DNA from: Mobula hypostoma
Lineage: Eukaryota
Reading direction: 5' to 3'
NCBI RefSeq assembly: GCF_963921235.1
Contig: NC_086108.1
Span: forward strand, 71,364,001 to 71,428,000
Length of the DNA stretch: 64,000 nt
Below are positions 22,190-35,200 of the stretch, piece by piece. The position numbers were made by a program, and so were the translations under genes. Under the pieces are notes generated by a model. That model was not told the DNA's origin and did not search any database. It worked only from the letters and a program-made list of their open reading frames with translations. How positions within the stretch are numbered: the stretch's first letter is position 1; each line of letters opens with the position of its first letter.

Positions 22190-24170
22190 AAGTGATGTGC
22201 ATTTAATATTTCAGTAATATTTGAGTAATCTTGTATAAATATTGCTTGATCAAGCTTTCTTGTTCATTTAAATATTTCATTTCAAGTTACATGCATAAAT
22301 ACGTGAATTGCATAGGTCATCATGCTACCATATGATACGTATATGCCCTGCCTAAAATAAACAGGCAGTTAAACTCACATTTTGGACTCTTGTGTCTTTC
22401 TTTGAATTAGTTTAATGTTTTGAAGTTATGAAACGTAACGGTGGTGATGGGGTAGTTTTAAAATGATCCTGAGACAACTGCCTACCTGTTGAGGTGCAGC
22501 AAAACAGTCCAGTTAAAATTTTTTTAAAAAAGCAGTGCAGCACGTGTCCTTTGGAAAGGAAGACACAATCGAGTTTTGAAAAAAAGGCAGGAGATGGAAA
22601 CGTTCATGGGTTCATAAAGAGTGAGCTAATTGATATAATTTTTCCACGATCTAATTGTAAATTTTTTTGGTATAGTTTCTTTTCTTGCTGGGGGTTTTAT
22701 GTTTATTTTTAGAAGCTTTTTGTATGACTCATGGCTCCGGGGTTGTACACCTAATGGGTTCTTTTTTCTCTCACTTTTCTGCTTAGTAGGTTTTTTTTGT
22801 TATCAAAATTTTTTTTCCAATCTTTAAGATAATGTCTTTTTTGAGATATTGTAAGTGTTGTTACTTCAGTGTACCCATGTTATTTTTTCTGTATAATATA
22901 ACAATAAAAAGATTTGAAAAGGAAAAAAAGTGAGTACTGAGTGATAATAATCATAAAAAAGAGCAGAAATGGCTGGCTATATTGGACAGATTGATGTGTT
23001 TGATTATGCAATGGGTAATTGGCTCATGTATACTGAGCTAACTGAACAATATTTTGAAGCAAATGAAATAGCCAATGAGAAATGGGTACCAATTTTGCTG
23101 ATGCCATTGGTTTACAAACAGTTTGCTTTGAAATTTAACTGTTTCAACCAAACCAGCAAAAATGACCTTTGCTGATATTGTGAAAATGCTACAGGAACAT
23201 TTAGAACCAAAACCATTGTTGATTGCAGAATGCTTTAGGTTTCATAAGTGGAATCAAGTGGAAGGGGAGTCCATTTCAGCATACATGGCTGAATTGAAGA
23301 GATTGTCTGAGCATTGTCAATTCAATCATGGGCTTAGTGATGTATGAGAGATTGTTTAGTTTCTGGAATCTTACAAGAAAGCATTCAAAAACTGCTCCCA
23401 GTGGAAGCACAACTCACATTTAAAAGAGCAGTTGAAATAGCTGTATCAATGGAAACAGCAGACAGAGTCACATCTGAGTTGCAGTCAGGAGTGAAAATGA
23501 GTGTCAACAAAATTGCAACGTCTAAACAGAAACTGATGTAGCTGAACAAATTGTGTTACCATTGTGGCAGGGGCTCACATACACCAGACCAATGCAGATT
23601 TAAAGATGCAACTTGCAGGAAATGCAACAAAGAGCGTGTTGGGCAGACAAAAATAAATGAACTGCACAGGGAAGAGAAAAAGCTAAGAAGTCAAGCTGCA
23701 GTTTTAAAAAGAGATCTAACCTTCATGCTGTTGATGAAAAATCTGTTAACAATAAGAATAGCACAGGACTGCGTAGTCTCGAGATTTACAAGCAATATAG
23801 CCTACACCAGAAGTGAATGGCAAATTAATTAAAATGGAAATAGACACTGGTTCAGCTGTTTCAGTCATTCCACAAAATGAGTTTTAAACAGCATTTCAAA
23901 GATTCTGAAAGCCTGTAGATATCAAACTAAAATTATTCTGGAGAAAACATAACTTCTGTGGGAATGACATCCATAACAGTGAAATACAACAACCAACAAG
24001 CCACATTGAACTTGTATGTGGTAAAAACAGGAGGACCAGCATTGTGGGGACGTGATTGGCTGAGGGAACTACAGCTTGATTGGAGATCCATCCACAATTT
24101 GCATGCCACATCCCCTGCAACGATGCCATCTGAAAGCAAATCAAGAAATATACTGAATGATGCCACAACT
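22190..24170 (+). mobile_element. Gypsy LTR retrotransposon 5' half (LTR, gag, protease), 3'-truncated
   Basis: LTR about 22190-22440 followed by a tggtga PBS-like site; Gag MAGYIGQIDVF (22969), CYHCGRGSHTPDQC; protease MEIDTGSAVSVI (about 23834); L1-like poly(A) fragment inserted at 22626-22929. Confidence 0.9.
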
Positions 24171-24207
24171 ATATAACATGAACCATTGCCCGACAGAGGA
24201 CAGGCAG

Positions 24208-24718
24208 GTGTTGGGGCCAACCTCTGTCCCTCTGGCTGGAAAGCATATTGGACCAAGGAAGCAGCATACTGTTCAGAGAAATTGTGAAAGGATAAATACA
24301 GTGTCCCGACTCCAACAGTGTTTGTAGGTAACATATCTGAGGAAGCTTTTGATATGTTAATGAGGCAGTTACTGTGAAATGTGGCTTGGCTTGAAGCTGG
24401 AAGAGAGTTCAAGGAGCTTCAGGAAAGTCATAAGCACTTGGCGTTTGTGAGTATAAAGTACCAGAATCTACTCTGGGTGCATTGTCATTGCATGAACTTC
24501 AAGTGGGAGGCAAAAAGCTGCTTGTAAAAGTAGATGCAAAGATGAATGCCCAGCTGGATGAATGGAAAGCCAAAAAGAAAGGAGTCAATAGAGATAGGGA
24601 AACAGAGGATTCGTCGATATTGTGGATATGGGAACCAAGAGGAAAGATCAGATTTTTAAAGGGAGCAATAGAAGGATTGATAAGAGAATACTTCAGTGAA
24701 CTGAATACACCTTCCCAA
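24208..24718 (+). pseudogene. RBM25: Processed pseudogene fragment of RNA-binding motif protein 25 (RRM region)
   Basis: With frameshifts and stops it reads PTVFVGNISEEAFDMLMRQLL / KCGL / SWKRVQGASGK / CEYKVPESTL / LHELQVGGKKLLVKVDAKMNAQLDEWKAKKK / KGAIEGLIREYFSELNTPSQ. This is collinear with vertebrate RBM25 as I recall it, with no introns. Confidence 0.92.
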
Positions 24719-25269
24719 AATCAAAATGCACAAACTACAAATTCAAAGAAGTATAATCACTCGGGAAAGACATATATATATATATATATAGTCCAAGACC
24801 CTGAGCAACAATGAGCAGCAATCTATGGTACAGTCTCCTGGCAGTGTGCACACGCACACAATCCAGCCTGTCATTCCACCATTTGAACATGAGAGGGCAG
24901 CACTAACCATCACGGCCAAGAACCAGTCAAGCTCAACCACGCGGTCGTGCTTCTGCATTGCTCACCTGGTTTGCAGCAGCAGGCAAGCCCAAGGCTGGAG
25001 GCCTAATTCTCACTACAACTAAGGCTACACAGCTCCCATATTGACTGTCCCGCCACCAGACAAAGGTAACAGGCCTGCGGCAGCTTATGTTATCACTGTC
25101 CCACAGAGTGTTGTGCTCGCAAGTGAAATGTCTGAGACAATCTTCCACAGTTATACTGCACCAACTTCAAAACTTCCGAGTAGCGGGCAGCACAGTTTGC
25201 ACCCAGGTCAGCTCCTCTGAACCCAAACAGGCTCCTCCAACATCCCACCGGTATGTGTCCCAACTGGTC

Positions 25270-25870
25270 CTTCGACACTCCCTAGGCTCCTTCTCCACTA
25301 TCCCAGCCTCAGTCGCCCCCTTCGACACTCAGCAGGCTCCTTTGACACTATTCCGGCCTCAGTCGCCCCCTTCGACACTCAGCAGGCTCCTTTTCCACTA
25401 TCCCGGCCTCGGCCGCCCCTTCTCCACTCACCAGGCTCCTTCTCCACTATCCCGGCCTCAGTCGCCCCCTTCGACACTCACCAGGCTCCTTCTCCACTAT
25501 CCCGGCCTCTGTCGCCCCCTTCGACACTCACCAGGCTCCTTCTCCACTATCCCGGCCTCTGTCGCCCCCTTCGACACTCACCAGGCTCCTTCTCCACTAT
25601 CCCGGCCTCGGTCGCCCCTTCGACACTCACCAGGCTCCTTCGACACTCACCAGTCTCCTTCTCCACTATCCCGGCCTCAGTCGCACCCTTCGACACTCAC
25701 CAGGCTCCTTCTCCACTATCCCGGCCTCTGTCGCCCCCTTCAACACTCACCAGGCTCCTTCTCCATTATCCCGGCCTTGGCCGCCCCTTCGACACTCAGC
25801 AGGCTCCTTCTCCATTATCCCAGCCTCGGCTTCCCCCTTCGACACTCACTAGGCCCCTTTGACACTCGCC
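25270..25870. repeat. 50-bp CpG-rich minisatellite, about 12 units
   Basis: Unit tctccactatcccggcctcwgtcgcccccttcgacactcaccaggctcct, with some truncated units; it explains the 323-aa ORF 25087-26058. Confidence 0.95.
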
Positions 25871-26475
25871 AGCTATATTTCATTAGGTATTTGAGGAGAT
25901 TTGGTATGTCACCAAAAGCACTCACAAATTTCTACGGATTTACTGTGGAGAGTATTCTAACCGACTGCATCACTGTCTGGTATGGGGTGGGGGGGTTGGT
26001 GTTGGTGGTGGTGGTGGAGCTACTGCACAGGATCAAAGTAAGCTGCAGAGAGTGGTAAAATTAGCCAGCACCCTCACGGGCACTAGCCTTCGTAGTATCC
26101 AGGTCATCTTCAAGGAGCGATGTCTTTAAAAGGCGGCATCCATCATTAAGGACCCCCATCACCCAGGTCATGCCTTGTTCTCATTGCTACTGTCAAGTAG
26201 GAGGTACAGAAGTCTGAAGGTACACACTCAACAATTCAGGAACAGCTTCTTCCCCTCTGCCATCCAGTTCCTGAATGGACATTGAATCCATGAACACTAC
26301 CCCACTACTTTTTTATTTCCTATTTTTTGCACTACTTAATGATTTAACTATATATATATATATATATAGACTGTAATTCACAGTTTTCTTTTTCTCTATA
26401 TTATCATGTACTGCTGCTGCTAAGTTAACAAATTTCTCAACACATGCCGGTGATATAAACCTGATTCGGAATCTG
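25870..26475 (+). mobile_element. Rex1-type LINE 3' fragment
   Basis: QLYFIRYLRRFGMSPKALTNFY...ESILTDCITVWYG; cctgattc tail. Confidence 0.85.
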
Positions 26476-27270
26476 AGATATTAATTTCTCATCTAATCAT
26501 GTTCTGTTTCTCTGTAAATTTCCTGTAGTTTTTTACATTTCTTTTATTCAGTTCTTACTCATCTATCTTATTCAATGCAGTAAATCCATATATTATACAT
26601 CTATTGTTTGCAGTATAATGGGATAAACTTATGGTTCTAATTAGTTCATTGCATTTATTATCCTCGGGGAAGTCAGCTGTGCTGATGTGCTATTCTGGCA
26701 AAGTACTGCTGTACATCTGCCATTTTCCATGTAATTGCTGCCATTATTTCGCCTGTTAGCTCTGCTACACTGCAATGAAATCAACATTTGAAAGGTGAGC
26801 TAGAATAAAAGACATCATGTACTAAATAAAGATGTAACGTGAACATTAAAGACAACTTAATTTTGCAAATTGCTATATAAGAGGCTGAACGTTTTTTCAA
26901 TGCTGTTTTTGGGATTCGGTTGATTTCCTCCCAACATCTGTTTCACATTTATTCAGCTGGAACATGACATCTGGAAAATGGTCTTTCATTAATCTTCTAT
27001 TTAAATGATAATAAGACACAGGAGAATGAAGTGATCCTGTGTCAGTTATATAGTGATAGCCATTTGCAACTACTGTCACTTCCGATATTGCAGTAAGTAA
27101 TGTATAAAAGGATATCTGCTATTTTAAACACAATATTTCAATAAATGAGCAATACCTGAGCAAAAAAGAAACCTCAGTGCCATTAGTAACTTGGTAAGCT
27201 GGGCTTTAGGCTATTGTTATCATTGTACTTACATTCTACATTCTAAGTTAAACAGTGATCTTTTTTATAG

Positions 27271-27437
27271 ATTGGATATTTGGACCACCCTCGGATGACA
27301 GCAGTAATAAAAGTGAAATAAGAAGTATTTCCAGTAGCTTGAATGAAGTAGACAGCCAGCGCCAGGAAGAAGGTGACAAGCCGGACGAGCTGGTGATTTT
27401 CATAGAAGATCATTTATATGTGCCACAAGCAACATGA
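27271..27437 (+). CDS. Probable terminal coding exon of an unidentified host gene
   Basis: Acceptor tcttttttatag; phase-1 open frame xWIFGPPSDDSSNKSEIRSISSSLNEVDSQRQEEGDKPDELVIFIEDHLYVPQAT*; GC/CpG above flanks; followed by about 2 kb of TE-free AT-rich sequence. Confidence 0.6.
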
Positions 27438-29150
27438 AAGTCTCCGAACTTCAGACTGGGGACGTGGTGACTACTAAAGACTAAAGATTAGCTGAATACA
27501 GCATTTGCTCTCCCTTTCTCTCCTTTCTTACATACAGAATATGGATAAATATGAGAAAGAAGAGAAACATATTGCCAATTTCTCCACAGCTGTCATAAGA
27601 GTGGCAATTGTTTAAACAATGATCCCGAGCTTTGGAATGAGCAATGAAGAACATCATTTTATATACCAAGCATCATTCTCTTGTTGCCTCTTTTGACCTG
27701 CATCTTTTATTTTACTGAAATTCATGCGGGTTGGGATTGCAGATATAGTTTTGGGCTCTGATGCCTCTTCTTTGAGGATAAACTTCCCGTTAAATTTTGT
27801 TAGCTACTTAAATATATGTGGGAATAAGATATAACTGGCATTTCGAAGGGAGATGAAATGTGCTAAAATATTTTTGCTTTGCATCATTTTCTTGGGTATT
27901 ATTTCAATAGGTGAAACTGGCTGAATTAACTTGGCAGTGAAAATTCTGAGAAAGTGGCCTTAAAATTTTTTTTTCCCTGAAGTATCAATATACTTTTATT
28001 GGATATTTTGGGCATATGATTGATCACTTAACTGTTGATGATAATTACAACTTTTAATTATTTTATTTCATTCTTATGTGTGTCGCTAGACAACAGAGAC
28101 ATTTTCACAAAATGATGCACCTGTTTTACAGTGAAGTGTGAGTTTGCAGTCAGAATGTACCTGTGAAAGGGATGTTCCAATGAATATAACATGTCTGCAA
28201 AATCAACCAGTTACAGCTGTCTGTACACTTCTGCTGGCCCCTCAGTTAAGAGGGCGCTATCATTGGATTGCTGTCAGTGATTAGTTGTTGTTCACATTGA
28301 TTTCTATTATGAAGTAAGAGCAAGGAAATAATGTTTGTCAATGACCTGGTAAAAAGCTGCCAGAAAGAATTTGGTGGATAATGTGGCATCAATTTTCTCT
28401 TATTCCAAAATGACTTTCAGTTTTTTTTGGGTATTAATGAAGTTATCAAGTCAATTGCATTGAAGGTCTCCCACAAACCACAAAGTCGACAGGAAGAAGC
28501 TCAAGTTATAGCTAACTAAATATTTTCTGGAAAGTAAAGCCGAGTTTTCAATTTGCACAGTCTAAAAGCTGGAATATCATAACCAAATAAAATGAGTCTT
28601 GATTTTCTATTAACAGAATTTTCATATGTTACTTAAAGGGAATAGCACACAGCATTTATAAAATCAGATTTTCAGAAAAAGAGAGGTTGTTCATCAGTAA
28701 TTGTAACATAAATGACAATAAAACTCATTTTTTGCATTGAAATTAGTGAGTTAAATATCCAGGAACAGATCTATACTGATTACATCTATGACAACTGCAA
28801 CATCAGACCTGTAGAGGACCAGGAAATGACTGAGAGCAAATTCTAAATGCACATGTGTGTAGATGCCATAAGTTGCTGTCTGTTACATGTTACATGAATG
28901 ACAACGCTGCTTTTCTTTTGATATTATTACAGCTGTAAATTTCTAAGTCATTGTGTTTAATTCTGTGTAAAATGTTCAACGTTGCCTGTGCCAATTTTGT
29001 ATTGAATAAGTGAAGAAAGGCTGCACAAACTGAACAAACAACTTTGTATTACCAAACATATTTTGAGTTGCTTCAAAGCTTTCTTAGTTTTACCATTAGC
29101 AGTTTGCTATGCTGTATTGCAAAATAAATGTACTTGCTATGTGATTGCAA
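27438..29150 (+). other. Putative 3' UTR with polyadenylation signals
   Basis: Longest TE-free tract in the window; AATAAA at about 28586, 28717 and 29123-29128; TGTA-rich distal part. Confidence 0.5.
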
Positions 29151-30484
29151 ATAAGTTAAGCATGATGATGAATTAAAACATATTTAGCATTTTAATTTCT
29201 TCTTGAGAGAGATATTTTTACAGAAACAATACAGACCTTCAGATTAAATATTGCATCTTATTCTGACATTGTTTTCATAATGTACAAGAAATAGGATTCA
29301 TTTTAAAAAGGAACTAATTCCCTTTGATGGCTGAACTGTAACAGTTCAATACTGAGACAATCCTGAGCTGCAGATGTCCATCCATTCACAAGTGTACATA
29401 CATCACAATTATGGTATACAGTAAGTGTTACTGGCAGGTAAGAATGTGCTGCATATTGCATTATAATAGAATATAGATTTATATCTTAATAAAGCAGTAA
29501 TTTCATTCTACATTCCTGATTTCATAAGGGCTTCTACATCACAAAACCAGTACTCTTTGTGATGATTATATTTAAATTCAGTAGTGAAAAAATGCATTTA
29601 CATAGCACCTTTCAAATCTTTAAACTTCCCAAAACAATTCATAGCTCATTAATTAATTTCTGCATGGCAATAATGTAAATAACAAGACCCTCATAAACAG
29701 GCATGAATAAATGACAAGGTGATTTGCTTTAATGCTATTGCTTGAGGGCTGGTTAGTTAACGGGACAACAGGGGAGCTACCGTTTCACTTTTAGGAATAG
29801 TGTTATTGGATATGCTTCATTTGGACACTGAACCTTCCATCAGGGGTATCGGAGAATTGGAGAGTCGGATCTGTTTGAGACATGGAACCATTAGAGAACA
29901 GGGCCTGGGGATGTATCAGAGCTTTAGGGAATTGGATTATTAGGGTCTCAGGAGAATGCAGAGCCAGGGGTGGGTGTGGTTTCGTGGTTAGGTTGGGGAG
30001 GATCTGAGTTACTCAGTGGAGGATGGATGGTTATGCTGGCACTGTAGGCAAGGAGAAGGGGCCTCAAGGATGGAAAGAAAGTATAGGATTTGCTTTCATG
30101 GAGTCCGAGGTCCAAGTCTGAAATTGATCTATGAGAACACTTAGAGAGTGGTCAATCACAGTCACAGTTGGAGTGATGTCGACTAATTTCTCCAGCATGA
30201 GAAGTGATTTTTACTCAAGTTGAAAATAGGCTTATGCTAGGAAGAGTTTTTACAGCAGTACAAAGAGACCTGGAAATGGCTATTGTTGAATTTCACTGCC
30301 CATAGTAGATTTTCAGTCATATAGCTTTCAAACAATATTGTTACATTGTCAAGCTTTTAGGCTGATAGCTTTGCACATGTCCAAGATTGAACTCACCAAG
30401 TTTCCACATATTTACAAAATGTCTCTTTATCTTTAGAATCCAACTGTGTTATAATAAGGGCTAAAAGGACTTTATTAAAGGCTC

Positions 30485-32275
30485 ACAAAGGCAGCGTCCA
30501 TCAATAAGGACCCCCATCACCAAGGACACACCCTCTTCTCATTGCTACAGTCTGGGAGGAGTCATGGGAGCCTGACGACAGGCACCCAACACATCATAAA
30601 CAGCCATTACCCCTCCACCATCAGATCTCTGAATCCATGAACACTACCTCAATATTGTTCTCCTCCCTTTGTGCACCAGTTACTTACCTTGTTTTTATAA
30701 ATATTTCTTACTGTAAATTATAGTTTTTATTACTGCTGTCGCAAAACAATGAATTTCATGACATATGCCAGTGATATTAAACCTGATTCAGATTCTGATG
30801 TATTCTCTAATTTGATGTGTATACAGCACAAGAATACCCAGATTCCTCTGAATACCAATATTTTATGGTCTTTCACCAATTAAAGTAAATTAGTTTTTTC
30901 TATTTTGTCTACTTATAATTCCACACTTCTCTGCACTGTTGTCCATGTATTCAACTCCAGATATCAGGCTAACCTTCCCTCCTTTCTTTAATGGTAGGTT
31001 CAGAATCAGAATTAGAATTTGGTCTACTATCACCGGCATATGTTATGAAATTTGTTGGTTTACAGCGGCAGTACATAACAACGCACGAGAATAAAAACTA
31101 TGAATGACAATAAAAAGCATATATAAGAAAGAAAAATAAATAAGAAGTGCACAAAGAGAGGAAAAATACTGGGGTAGTGGTCATGGGTTCATTGTCCATT
31201 CAGAAATCTGATGGTGGAAGGAAAGAAGCTGCTCCTGAAACATTGAGTGTGTGCCTTCAGGCTCTTGTACCTCCTCCTTGATGACGGCAAAGAGAAAAGG
31301 GCATGTCCCAGGTAAAGGGAATCCTTGATGATGGAGGCTGCCATTTTGAGGCATATTTCTGCAGCTTCTTCCAGTCCTGTGTAGTGGCCCCTCCATACCA
31401 GACGGTGATGCAACCAGTTAGAATGCTCTCCATGGTACATCTGTAGAAATTTGTGAGTGTCTTTGGTGACATACCAATTCTTTTCAAATTCCTAATGAAG
31501 TATAGCTGCTGTTGTGCCTAGTCTGTAATTGCATCAATATGTTTAGCTCAGGATAGATCCTCAGAGACATTGACACCCAGGAGCTTGAAACCACTCACCC
31601 TTTCCACCTCTGTCCCTCAATGAGGACTGGTGTGTGTTCCCTCGATTTCTCCTTCCTGAAGTCCAGAATCATTTCCTTGGTCTCACTGATATTAAGTGCA
31701 AGGTTGTTGCTGTGATACCACTCAACCAGCTGATCTATCTCACTCCTGTATGCCTTCTCATCAACATCTGAAATTCTTCCAACAATAGTTGTCACCGGTA
31801 AATTTATAGATGGCATTTGAGCTTTGTCTAGACATACAGTCATAGGTATAGAGAGAGCAGAGGTGTGGACTAAGCATGCATCCTTGAAGTGTACCAATGT
31901 TGATTGTCAGTGAGGAGGAGATGTTATTTCTGATCTGTACTGACTGTGATCTCCAGATGAGGAAGTCAAAGATCCAGTTGCAGAAGGAGGTACAGGGGCC
32001 CAGGTTTTGGAGCATGTTGATTAGAATTGAGGGGATCATGGTGTTGAACGCCACAGTCTGATGTTGGTATTGCTATGTAGAGGTGATCCAAGGCCGGGTG
32101 GAGAGCCACTGAGATTGCATCCGCTGTAAACCTGTTGTAGTAATAACGGATAGCGGGTGCAGATTCTCACTGAGGCAGAAGTTGATTCCAGCCGTGACTA
32201 ACCCCTCAAAACACTTCATCACAGTAGATCTGAGTACCACCTGGTGGCAGTCATTGAGGTAGGTTATCTTGCTCT
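30485..32275. mobile_element. Two tail-to-tail Rex1-type LINE fragments (30485-30800 +, 31000-32275 -)
   Basis: AFNTMIP, GTLQGCMLSP, AYRSEIDQLVEW, FYRCTMESILTGCI motifs on minus; (agaatc)n and (ctgatt)n tails. Confidence 0.85.
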
Positions 32276-35200
32276 TGTATTTGCTCCTAATACATATTAT
32301 ACTGGGTTTATACTTGATCCTTCCCGAAACTGAAATTTAGTTAACTGAGACCTTACATATCTAACATAAAAAGGGAAATTTCTTCTGAGGCTATACCAGG
32401 CTCTAAGGGACTATAACTTCACTCCAAGTTAGTATTGGGTCCTGTAAAAATACATTATGTTGTTTTGTTAATTGTTTCCATAATATTTCTTAGTTTATTT
32501 GACATTCTATATTTTTTACCTTTTAAACCTGCTTAGCTGGGCTTTCCTAGCTCATATTAGCTTTCTGTGCAATGTTATTTGGATCCCTTCAATAAAATAT
32601 TTAAAACCAATCAAATAGTCATTGATGGTCGTTCTTTGTAGCATTGCATTGCCTGTAACTTGCTGGACCTGCAGTTTTTGACATCATCAACCAAACAGCT
32701 GCAGTGGATCTTTTATTCAGGAACCACTGGTTGTGCTACAGAAATAACAGGCACATATCAACTTGTTTTCTCAGCTATGTTGGAGAATGAGTCAACATTG
32801 GTTTTAAGTTCCTCATTTGTAAGCCCAAGAAAAATTATTCCTATTTCAGTTAAGTACAATGGATATGAAAATTGCTTAAGCAGGAGTTGGTGTCAATCGT
32901 ATTTTAATTTCCATAGAATACAGGTCTTTTTGTAGTCCTGAGAAATGGACAAAACTCTTTTTGATTCACCCATTGCCCCTCTTCCACCTGGTCTCTTACG
33001 AGCCAAACCCGTATCATCCTCCTGCCTTGGAGTCCTACCACTCTTTAGGAAGTGAGATGTACTCCAGCTTCAGCAAAGGAAGCAACTGGATAATCTGAGC
33101 ATCTTTCCAGAGTGCTAATATTAGATAGTGTATTATTCTGCTAGTGGATGGAAATACTAAAAATCATGCAGTTGTTCCAAAGTTCAACCCAAGGTATCCC
33201 TGCTGACTTTTATGATGTGCAGGTAAACATCTAGAAGGTGAACATCATTTCACAATACTGAGAGTGGAGGATTTGTATTGGAACTACTGAGGCAGGTTTT
33301 GGAAAATGAAGCTGATGACAATTGGTGGTTTGTCAATATCCCTCTATGTAGATTAAAGATATCTGTTTTTGTCCATTCTATGAACTTGTGTTGCAATAGA
33401 TGCAACAGGGATGTAATTCACTGAGGTTTAACAGAACCTGTACATATTTTTGAAAAGTTTACAGCCCTTTAAAAGAGACGTTCAATTTTCTTCTACATCA
33501 CCTTGGATTCTTTTCAGGGTCTGTTGATACTTACACTTGGAAACTTTCCAATTGGAAATAATTGCCACTTACATGCGGCAGTCATTCACTTGTATGAGGG
33601 AAGTACAAGATGACAGCAACCAACATACATTATTGACCAGTCAATCACAATGGATGAAATTAAAGTCATTAAACAGGAAATGATTATTTCAGGGCATGTG
33701 CTTGCTCTCCTAACTGACTGTAACTGGTCGAAAATACAACAGTTGCTAAAATAATTCTTCCGTTTAAATAAAGGCATTGATTTTGGAGATGCAAGATTCT
33801 CATGAAGGAGGTCCTATGATTAAAGTAAGCTTTGAAAATGTAAGAAGCATCAGCATTGTCTGATCTGCTTTGTTTAGCTCTTGGCATTTTAGAGACTATT
33901 ATACGTAGCTGCTTCATCAATGATGCCAAAAATTGCAAATCAAGTGAAAAGGAGACATACTGGGCTAAAAGGTTCCGAAAAGTATAAAAATTAATTACCA
34001 TTAACTTAAGAAATTTTCCATTTGATTAGTTTTAATGTGTTCTTCATTAAGACTAGCTTGGTAAACACTTAAACTCATAAAACCATTGTACTGCTGCTTT
34101 CCAATTTTCATGAACGCCTGAAAGATCACGAAGTAAAATTGATACCCTGCTTCTCCTGATCCTCTTTCTTTGTGTGATCAAGAAAGGCCCCATTTAATAA
34201 GTGAAATAAGAGTCCTGATGAAGGTTTCGGCTGAAATGTTAACTGTTTGCTCTTTTCCATAGATACTGCCTGGTCTGCTGAATTCCTCCTGCATTTTGTG
34301 TGTGTTACATTTTATTTAATATGTGATGTTGAAAACATCTTTCATTACATCAGCCTAGGATAATTACAGTATTCAGCTGAAGTGTTGTGAATATGATGCA
34401 CCTCAATAAGTTCCCGTTTCGATAATAATTTCTACAACCCTGACATGGGTTCAAAGTGAGGGTGCAGAGATTTCATATGAACCCAAAGGGAACAGTTTTG
34501 ACCTTGATAGTGGTCTGGATATGGAATGAACTGACAACTGAAGTAGATACAGGACATAAACCATATTTAAAGACACTTGTAGAGCGTCAGATAGGAAAGG
34601 TTTTGGGGGATATGGATCGAATGATGGCAAATGGGACCAGATTAGTCAATGGCTGCTACAGATGGCTATGGCTCAAGAGATATGACCCGTGGACCAATGC
34701 TGCTGGGACACAAGCCGGGGCCTGATCAACCTTGGCTGGGTTGCTTGGGAGAGGGTGTCTGGTGTTGAAAGACCCAAAACATCTAATGTCCCCAGGTTAC
34801 ATCATTGATAATGAGTCCCAGCACATCCTAGGATGTATCTCAGCATCAGCAATTAGCCTTCAGTTTTTTTGCAAAATGCATGCAATAAGTTGAAGTTAAA
34901 AGCACAGGCTACTCCTCAGACTAAGAGATTGCATATATGCAAGAACTAAACATTGAGACGATGGGTTTGTGTTATTGGATTGCATCAAACCAGGTATTCA
35001 GAGATGTCTTAGCAATTACAATGTGCTTCCACTATGTATCTCAAAGGAAACACTTGTCCACCCGAAGTATTGAAGTAAACAATGCCATTGTAACTATTAA
35101 AACTGTATTGAATCACCTGCTGTTACCTTTACTCTTAAGGGTATGAAATGTGATGTAAATTTGGGTTTGTGAGCCTCTAACGAGAGTGTCTCCAGAATGA

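Noticed and set aside
25087..26058. 323-aa ORF
   Set aside because: Produced by a stop-free 50-bp minisatellite running into a Rex1 fragment; the unit is not a multiple of three, so it is not a protein repeat.
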